The notes beneath the pieces were generated by a model. The model was not told the DNA's origin and ran no database searches. It was given only the letters and a program-made list of their open reading frames with translations. The translations under genes were made by a program, and so were the position numbers. Shown here one piece after another: positions 56,602-64,000 of a DNA stretch of 64,000 nucleotides (its first letter is position 1; every line of letters starts with the position of its first letter). The stretch comes from a virus, in IMG/VR virus record IMGVR_UViG_3300050821_002957, positions 207,192 to 271,191 of that record, one strand, 5' to 3'.

Positions 56602-57645
56602 TTAGTCGTCAGACGGAGGAGGCCGAAGCTCCCCAGTCTGTTGTCCTGCACCTTCTTCTTCGGCGTCTGCTTCTTCGGTCATAAAACCAGAAGCCTTCTT
56701 GCCATATCCACTTTCAAACGTCTTCGGTTTCTCGGACATCTTTCTGAGACGTTTAAGAACAATCGGATAGGACTGATCAAGACAGAAAGATGCAGCAACC
56801 AATTCACGCAAGTGGGCAATGCTGAAATCCTGTGTGTCCTTTGTCCAACGAGCCAAAGTTTCTTCGTTAAGACCTTCGGTCGTGCTGCCGTCTTCATTCT
56901 TTGTAGTCGTTGCAAATTTCAAGTAAGCCTTGCGAGCAACTGCCGAGGGCATTCCAACATAAATGCGTTCGTCAAAACGTGACGGTCTATTGACGATACG
57001 TGCGCCCAGTTTATCGGGGTAGTTTGTGGTAGCCAAGTATACTACATTGGCGATTTGGTTTTCACCGTCCAGCATCGAAAGGATGGCGTGCTCACCATGC
57101 TTGTCAATGATTTCGTCGATATCTTCCAAAACCACAATGATCGGCCTGTCTGGTTCCATCCCACGTACTCTCTGGAGCATATGAGACAGTAAATCTGGAT
57201 GACCGCACAGGAGAACAATACCATTCAAGCTGATCAATTCTTTCATGAGCAGGTTGATTGTTACGCTCTTTCCTGAACCCGGAGGACCCCACAGCAACAC
57301 ACCACGTTTATAGACCAGACCAAATTGATTGTAACGTTCCTGACTCTGCCAAAATTTCTTCATACCAGCAAGAACTTTTACGTTAGCAGTTTCGGGAAGC
57401 TCAACAATGTTGTCTGAGATGACGGTCTGTAACTGAAGGTACGGACCCATGTCGTCTTGATCAATTTTGTAAACACCTGGATGAAGATGCGGAATGGTTT
57501 TTGCAGCCGCACGAAACTTGCCGTTCGTGCCGACTTGCCATTGCGAATAGTCCATATCAGTGTCGGTTTTCTGACTGATTTTTGACATTCTTTTTGCTAT
57601 CGATGGTACGGGACTTTCGTCCTCGTCTTCGTCGTGATCATACAT
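56602..57645 (-). CDS. AAA+ ATPase (classical AAA clade)
   Basis: Walker A GPPGSGKS, Walker B IIVVLEDIDE, sensor/Arg finger NRPSRFDERIY; acidic tails. Confidence 0.8.
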   Translation of the reverse strand: MYDHDEDEDESPVPSIAKRMSKISQKTDTDMDYSQWQVGTNGKFRAAAKTIPHLHPGVYKIDQDDMGPYLQLQTVISDNIVELPETANVKVLAGMKKFWQSQERYNQFGLVYKRGVLLWGPPGSGKSVTINLLMKELISLNGIVLLCGHPDLLSHMLQRVRGMEPDRPIIVVLEDIDEIIDKHGEHAILSMLDGENQIANVVYLATTNYPDKLGARIVNRPSRFDERIYVGMPSAVARKAYLKFATTTKNEDGSTTEGLNEETLARWTKDTQDFSIAHLRELVAASFCLDQSYPIVLKRLRKMSEKPKTFESGYGKKASGFMTEEADAEEEGAGQQTGELRPPPSDD

Positions 57646-57719
57646 GCTTTATCAAGGTATCATGGATCGCCAATCTGTCAAATTTGGGATTGTCAATAGC
57701 CTGTGTTGTATATAAACTC

Positions 57720-58115
57720 ATGAAACAACGAGGCGTCATCAAGCCGATCATGCAGTCGAAGAAAGAAGAAGTTACAGAGTCGAAGACCACGAGCCTGCCA
57801 CAACCACCTTATGCCATTTCGACCATGACCCGGCATTTTTTAGAGAACGAACTTGCATCGAACAAGATCGTCGAAGATGACCTAAACTTCATTTATGATC
57901 TGGGAAGAAGAGTGGCAGGATTTTTGAATCACGAACGACCATTGTTTTACGATCTGGCGGCTGCGGTACAGATGAAATCAGTCGAAGAGGTACGAGATGT
58001 TGCAGAAGGTAGGAAGGAGATTCTGATTGTGCTTCCAGAATTCGGGACTCGCAAGATGCAGACACACGAATTCCGAGTGGCTTTGTGGAAACGAATTGCT
58101 GAGGCTATGTTATAG
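57720..58115 (+). CDS. hypothetical protein, leaderless from TTGTCA/TATAAA promoter
   Basis: start MKQRGVIKP. Confidence 0.4.
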   Translation: MKQRGVIKPIMQSKKEEVTESKTTSLPQPPYAISTMTRHFLENELASNKIVEDDLNFIYDLGRRVAGFLNHERPLFYDLAAAVQMKSVEEVRDVAEGRKEILIVLPEFGTRKMQTHEFRVALWKRIAEAML

Positions 58116-58406
58116 CCGGTCAAAAACGGACAAACTAAGAAATTGGGGATCATTCATGTACGTCAGTCGTGGACCATAGATTTTTACGTCACCATGAACT
58201 GGACAATGGATATGAATGTGCTGGCCCGGTGGAATACAAATCATCAGCGGCTTCCTACAAATGCACTTGTTTGGTTTAGGTCGTTGATATTCTTCACCAC
58301 ACTCTGGACAGTGATCATTGTCACAATGATGCCGTTTTTGTGGCGTGATCAAATCCCACGGTTCTTCGTTTTTGAATGGTGTTACTCGCCTTCTTTTTTC
58401 AATCAT
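58110..58406 (-). CDS. Cys/His-rich Zn-finger protein
   Basis: 98-aa ORF. Confidence 0.4.
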   Translation of the reverse strand: MIEKRRRVTPFKNEEPWDLITPQKRHHCDNDHCPECGEEYQRPKPNKCICRKPLMICIPPGQHIHIHCPVHGDVKIYGPRLTYMNDPQFLSLSVFDRL

Positions 58407-58682
58407 AATACCTCGATAAAGTAGTCGTAAAGTTGACTACGTTTTTGATAGTCATGGTCATGGATCGCCGCTACAAGCTCGCCGATCTTTCCAATAAAAA
58501 TTCGTTTGAACGTCTTGTACTTTTTGAAGAAGTCATCGTCCGAAATGTTCATAATGTCGTGGAACAATACCAGGGCATCTTCTGTGTATGTAGCAAAGGC
58601 AACTCGTTTTTCAAACTGAGCATCCTTTCGGAGAGATTCTTGAATTTCTTCGTCTTCAGTGATCATTCGTGTCTTCTCTCCA

Positions 58683-59105
58683 TCACATGTAACGGATTGC
58701 ATCTTGTAACGGCAGGCTCGGACTCTCAGCTATCGTTGCATTGTAGCTCTCTGCATTTTCATCGTACTGATGAAAGATTTCATGCAATCCACCGCCTACG
58801 TTCGCTTCTTCCGTGCCAGCCGGTGCCATTGCAAAGTAGCGTCTTCCTCGTTCGATGCAATAAGGTTTGTCTTCTGGCGAGGGATTGGCAATTAATATAA
58901 ATTCTGGCAAATCCATACTGGAGCCGTCCAACATCGCCAAAATGCTGAAGACACACCCTTCCATTCGGTCGCTTTGTGGATCAGGGTGTGTCTTCCAGTA
59001 ATGAATGATCGCCCAAATTTTCTTCATCAAAGCGTGGCGTATTTCGTCCCGAGTGTACTCCCGAGGCTCCAGACGTTCAGTACCCAGTAGTTTTATGGAT
59101 GGCAC
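58683..59105 (-). CDS. hypothetical protein
   Basis: 140-aa ORF. Confidence 0.4.
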   Translation of the reverse strand: MPSIKLLGTERLEPREYTRDEIRHALMKKIWAIIHYWKTHPDPQSDRMEGCVFSILAMLDGSSMDLPEFILIANPSPEDKPYCIERGRRYFAMAPAGTEEANVGGGLHEIFHQYDENAESYNATIAESPSLPLQDAIRYM

Positions 59106-59511
59106 GTTCGAGTTCTCCTATGGCTTCACGTATTGTATCGTACCTATCTGCCGGAAGTGTCATGAGCCGATAATGAACAATTGGACGATGGAGTTCGACC
59201 AACAATGCATTACCAGCTTTGATCAAATGATCTTTCATCAATCGAAGATTTTCTTCTTCGTCAAACGGCATCATGTTCCTCATTTGCGCTCGTGATTTCA
59301 GCATTCACATCACGATTGATCTTTTCGACCTGGGTAATTTGTTCTCGCAAAATTCGTTCACGCAGCGTGTTCAGCTTGGCGCACAGTAGGGCCTCTTGAC
59401 GTTCTTCTGTCCCTTTGGTCTTCCCACTGAGCGCTCTACCGATGACTTTAAATTCTCTGTCATCGATAGTGAGCATGAAATGCATTTGAACCCGCAAATC
59501 CGGCATACAAC

Positions 59512-59913
59512 TTATCCGTGAACGAGGAACGCCACGAAAAGATCGCTATTGACGCTATAAAGGGAATGGCAAATCGTGTAGCCTGAAATTGCATCTTCCC
59601 CGGCGTTGACTTGAGCGTCAATCTGGTGAATTAAGGTTTGTCCGTCAGCCAGCGCAATTCCTACGCTCTCAATACTGACTGGATAGGCTGCTTCATCGCT
59701 GCGATAACCGATGCTTGCAATGAACTGGCCGCAGAAAAACAAAATCGAAAGGCTCTTTGCTGCTACCTTGTTCGTCACTACGTAGTCGGCTACAATTTTC
59801 GACAGTTCGGAAATCGATGCGCCCTGAAAAGACACGAAGTCTTCATGAATCTGATGTTTGACCATTTCTAGTCTCCTTAGGTGCATCTTCGCATATTCCC
59901 TAAAAGATGTCAA
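59512..59913 (-). CDS. hypothetical protein
   Basis: 133-aa ORF. Confidence 0.4.
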   Translation of the reverse strand: MTSFREYAKMHLRRLEMVKHQIHEDFVSFQGASISELSKIVADYVVTNKVAAKSLSILFFCGQFIASIGYRSDEAAYPVSIESVGIALADGQTLIHQIDAQVNAGEDAISGYTICHSLYSVNSDLFVAFLVHG

Positions 59914-59925
59914 CTAAATACCGAC

Positions 59926-60474
59926 ATGATCCCGTACTTTGAAAAATTTCCGACCATTGGCTACGACATCAACGGTTCGGGTGAAAAACAAATCGCTATT
60001 GATATCCTAGAGCGCATCAAGATTAGGGACGTTCTCAAACAGAATTGGCTCATCTTCTACAAATACGCAGTGAAGGACGGCGAGACTCCAGAAATGCTCG
60101 CCAGCAAATTGTACGGTGATCCTCGTTACCATTGGATAATTTTGTTGGCAAATAACATCGTAGATCCGTATTATGATTGGCCGATGAGCAACGACAATCT
60201 GATTGCAACCATCCGCAAAAAGTACGGGACGCCTCAGATGGATGGCCTAATCTACGCTTACCAAAACATCTACCATTACATTGATTCTTACGGAAATGTG
60301 ATAGATTTAGAGACGTACACCAGTCTTCCGGCAAATCAAAGAACTGCCGTCACCGTATACGATTGGGAAGTTTCGCAAAATGAAGCAAAGCGGGAAATTA
60401 CATTGCTCGATCCTTCTTACGTCGAACAGATTGACACGGAAGCAGATAAGATCCTAGCACAGATACTCGTGTAA
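59926..60474 (+). CDS. hypothetical protein; CTAAATAC box 4 nt upstream
   Basis: start MIPYFEKFPTIGYD. Confidence 0.45.
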   Translation: MIPYFEKFPTIGYDINGSGEKQIAIDILERIKIRDVLKQNWLIFYKYAVKDGETPEMLASKLYGDPRYHWIILLANNIVDPYYDWPMSNDNLIATIRKKYGTPQMDGLIYAYQNIYHYIDSYGNVIDLETYTSLPANQRTAVTVYDWEVSQNEAKREITLLDPSYVEQIDTEADKILAQILV

Positions 60475-61075
60475 ATATATCTACCTTTATGACCCCTAGT
60501 GGTACTCGAATGGTTCCGGCGCTTGTGGGCGAACCGGAAATAACCTTAACCCCAGCCCATCTTTCTCTTGACGATGTTTTGACCGTCGCCGGAAAGTATG
60601 AAACCGATCCTCTTTGCCTTAGCCTTGGACCACTGAAAGGTTCGACCAACAGACATGTCTTTGCTGCGCTTGTGGCGGCGCTGGACACGTCGGGAACCGT
60701 TCAGGCACTATGGACATCCGAACCGATGTTCAGTAGCGCAGAAGCCGCCCAGGAACATGCAGAAGATGTCATTGGAACAGAACTGTGGCCGTTGCTGTTT
60801 TGTGGTGCCGAATCGAGCCTTTGACAAATCCTGATTTTCGGCTACCATGACCACATGAATCAAGACACATTCGATCAATTTGTAATTGAAATGGTCAATC
60901 TGGACGAGCCGACGTACAAAGAAATTTTAAACATCATTGAACAAGGGCGTCATAACATCGAAAAGGCACAAATCATTAGTGTGCAGAATCAATACATGGT
61001 CCGACGATTGAAAGAACTAGCTCAAGAAGAAGTTGCTGTCGAAGAGCTTTCGAGAATGTTTGACCTACCAACGTC

Positions 61076-61723
61076 TTAAGCGACCGCCGTAATCACACAT
61101 TCAATACCCAACAATTTCAAAATTTTTTCTGGTGTCATCTTGGCTGCTCTGAAATATGCACCGACCCATTTAATTTGGGCATCCATCAGTTGCTTTTCTG
61201 AAAAATAGTCGCCCTTTGCAGCATTGATCCAGAATGGAACGACTCTGGTATTCTCTTCGGTATAGCTAAGGCGGGGTACACTTTGGTCGAGTGAAGGAGC
61301 ATATGGATTCGTCTTGTTATGAATGTCACCATCGAGGCCCATTTGAATATCATGTTTTGCGTAATATTCAATGGCTTTTTGTACCTTGTCGATCACCCAT
61401 TCTGGTGTCAATGTAACCTCAGGCAAATTCTTCTTTCGTGCTCTGGTCTTGGCATTATGAAGTAAATCTTTTGCCTTTCCCTCCAGAGTCAATCGAAGAA
61501 GGCGACGAGCTACTTTACCCTTCTCACTTTTTTCCTTCAATTCTTCAGGGGATAATTTTGCTATAGATTTGGCGTAATTGTCATTGGTACATTGGACACA
61601 TTGCCTGCTTCGTTCAAAGCGCAGTGTAGTGTTGCATTTCTTACAAGGTGGTGCTTCAAATGTCTTTGTCGAGCGACGTAAACCCTTCATGCGTACATTT
61701 AGCACGCTCGCATTTGTTGTCAA
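61076..61723 (-). CDS. Zn-ribbon + degenerate HNH (His-Me finger) nuclease-like protein
   Basis: CKKCN...CVQC; C-terminal YAPSLDQSVPRLSYTEENTRVVPFWINAAKGD resembles S.DRID...GY...N.....N..K HNH variant. Confidence 0.35.
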   Translation of the reverse strand: MTTNASVLNVRMKGLRRSTKTFEAPPCKKCNTTLRFERSRQCVQCTNDNYAKSIAKLSPEELKEKSEKGKVARRLLRLTLEGKAKDLLHNAKTRARKKNLPEVTLTPEWVIDKVQKAIEYYAKHDIQMGLDGDIHNKTNPYAPSLDQSVPRLSYTEENTRVVPFWINAAKGDYFSEKQLMDAQIKWVGAYFRAAKMTPEKILKLLGIECVITAVA

Positions 61724-61954
61724 CCGGATGGCCGATATGATAGAACGAACACCAAGGGCAATGGTACGGTTCTAATGTCTCTCCCGGCGACTTTACTTCC
61801 AAATTGTACGCCGCTTTCGTTGCCTTTAAAGGCGTGTCGTATTTGATCTTCTGGCCACAAGAACGTTCTTCACCAGATGCCAAAGCAACAGCGTGGTCTT
61901 GCTCAAATTTTTCGACGATTTCCTTAGGCCACATTTCAACTAAATATTTCCACT

Positions 61955-62239
61955 ATGACAGCTTCATTTCTCTCCATTTTGAAATCAGTCGGTAAAGATC
62001 TTGGTCACGTCGGCAGTTGGATTGACGATGGTTTAAAGATCGCACAACCAATCATCGGCGTAATTGATCCTCCGTTGGCACCAATCTTTTTGGCTGTCGA
62101 AGCTGCCCTTGGTGCAATCCCAGCAGGCACCCCGATTACTGCCGACACCGTTCAGAAGTTTGTCACAGCCTCAGCTACCACTCAGGGCGTCAAAAGTATC
62201 TGTTGCCCCGGCGCAGCTTGTCCGACTTGCGGCTGCTAA
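61955..62239 (+). CDS. small protein with C-terminal Cys cluster CCPGAACPTCGC
   Basis: 94-aa ORF. Confidence 0.4.
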   Translation: MTASFLSILKSVGKDLGHVGSWIDDGLKIAQPIIGVIDPPLAPIFLAVEAALGAIPAGTPITADTVQKFVTASATTQGVKSICCPGAACPTCGC

Positions 62240-63553
62240 TTATTTCAACGCAGTCATTGCTGCATTGATTTTGGAATTGATAGCGTCGGCTCCACAAGTA
62301 CAAGAACTATAGCCATCTTCTGCACCACACGCCATTTTGTGTGATACATAGGCACCTTCCAGGGCGACCTTTGCTCGAATGAATCAAAACTTTTGAGACC
62401 GGCGCTGGCAACAAACTATCAGCAGTAGGTTTTGTTTCTCTCATTGCCCAGAACTGTGTATCGTAGACACGAGCGAACAGCGGTAACGGCGGTGTTAGAT
62501 TACGGAGAACCACTTCGGTCGGCAGGATGATTTGCTCAAAGCGCATCCGAAGAAAATCCATCGGCGGTGCGGCGTAAATTTCGTAGAGCTTCATTTCTTG
62601 ATCGCCGCTTTCTTCTTTTTCATCTTTGTTCCGGCCATGCACAAACCAACTGTGATTCCAAACCAGACGTTCATGATTGCAATCTGGCCCACTGTATAGG
62701 TGGTAGCATTCAGCATTGGTTCGACCTTATCGTTGATCCGAGAGTCTTCCATTAAATTTAATCGTTCGAGAATGTCTTTTACTATGTCGGCTCCGGTCGG
62801 CTGCGCCATGTACATGATCTTTGGTCCGAGAAATTCGTAAAGACGTTTGCGGTCTTCGGGCGGCAAAGAGTCGGCTCCGATCAAATCGTAAGCGTCTGCA
62901 AATTCTGGCTTCATGATGAAGTCAAGAACTTTTTTGAAGTATAATTGGCCTTCTTCAGGCGTTCCATCAAACATTGGCATTATGCAGCCTTCTTTCCGAG
63001 AATTGCAATGATTGCCCACTTCTCAAGTTCTTTTTTCGGCCAACGAGCAGCAGGCCACGGATCACCAAGAGAAACCCATTCCCCGGCGTGCATCACAAAG
63101 GCCCAGGTGTAGCAAATGCCTTTACCATACCAGCGGCGGTCGAAAGAGAATTCCATGTTAGTTCTGTCCTTTCGTCTGGACTCGAACCCAGGCAGTTGCT
63201 TTCTCTGTGCGCCAATAGCAGCCGTAGGCCATGAAGCGAATACGATTTCCTGTCATGCTTGCAAGGCCCTCGATCTTGGCGGCGACCGGCTTGCGTGCGT
63301 GATTGTCGAACATAATCACATCACCGACCTGAACGTCTGAGGCGGCTTTGTAATCGCTGTTGCTTTCGTTCAGAGGCAGGGTGCTCATTTAGTTGACTCC
63401 CAACCAGAGTAAAAATATATGATACAACCGAACAATCTTATCTTCACGTTCACGACGCCGAATCAGTATTGAACGTCGGTGACCAGCTTCAATGTGAGAC
63501 TGTGTTATGCCCATGAATCAATAATAGCAAAACGGACACGCCAAGTCAAGTAG

Positions 63554-63793
63554 CTACATCTTTTTTCTTCGGGCCTTTTTTGCGGCTCTTTTGTCGGCTC
63601 GGATCTTCTCAACTTCAGCCATTACAGCACGTTCGTAGGCGGCGGCGATGTCAAGCTGAAAGACCTTGCGACGGCCCTTGAGACGAAGCGCCAGCCATGT
63701 AGGATGGATCGTGACGGCAATTTGACGAGACTTGCTACCTTCTCGAAAAGTGCTGTACGTCAATCGAGTTGTAGGCTTGTTGGCCTTGGTCAT
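63554..63793 (-). CDS. small basic protein, possible ribbon-helix-helix DNA binder
   Basis: 79 aa, Lys/Arg-rich C-terminus. Confidence 0.3.
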   Translation of the reverse strand: MTKANKPTTRLTYSTFREGSKSRQIAVTIHPTWLALRLKGRRKVFQLDIAAAYERAVMAEVEKIRADKRAAKKARRKKM

Positions 63794-64000
63794 TTTATGC
63801 GGTCGCTTCCTTCAGACTTTTTTCGGTCATGTTCATCTGTTGGATCAAATGATTTGTGATGGCGGCTTGATCGGGACCTTCACCAGTGAATTCAAACTGG
63901 ACGTTCGGCTGTGAAGCAAAATATACAGAAACCTGATTCACCTTGACACTAGCAAACTTCTCGAATACTTTGAGGATCTTGCGGACCCCGGCTTCTTCAT

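Noticed and set aside
1-64000. CRISPR array, integrase, transposase or other mobile-element boundaries
   Set aside because: No regularly spaced identical short repeats with unique spacers. No recognisable integrase or transposase motifs. The only mobile-type genes are HNH endonucleases.

Overview
This 64-kb window is densely packed with more than 120 short ORFs arranged in alternating co-directional blocks with ATGA-type start/stop overlaps. It contains one tRNA (tRNA-Val, anticodon GAC) and no rRNA, CRISPR array, integrase or transposase. No capsid, terminase, tail or DNA-polymerase gene is recognisable. Most products are small hypothetical proteins, many with Zn-ribbon or membrane character. 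The overall picture is an accessory / host-takeover region of a large virulent dsDNA phage with T4-like expression logic. Confidently recognised products are dephospho-CoA kinase (CoaE), a PTH2-type peptidyl-tRNA hydrolase, a NudC-like Nudix hydrolase, an AAA+ ATPase, three HNH endonucleases, a 5'(3')-deoxyribonucleotidase-like HAD protein plus a circularly permuted paralog, a 2H phosphoesterase, a DNPH1/NDT-like protein, a SprT-like metalloprotease, an HD hydrolase and DUF2958. Two regulatory motif families recur. The first is an early-type promoter: GATACATCT, then -35 TTGACA, then an extended -10 TGnTA(A/G)G(A/C)T, often giving leaderless starts. The second is a CTAAATAC box 4-7 nt upstream of the ATG, resembling a T4 late promoter. 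The CTAAATAC box precedes a family of histidine-rich proteins whose N-termini resemble the T4 internal-protein capsid-targeting sequence, so these are candidate packaged / ejected effectors. A 1.3-kb ORF-poor island (27.2-28.5 kb) carries GGGACCC iterons, a strong promoter with a palindromic operator driving a roughly 490-nt apparently non-coding transcript, and a freestanding HNH homing endonuclease. Coordinates of motifs were read by eye and may be off by 1-2 nt.
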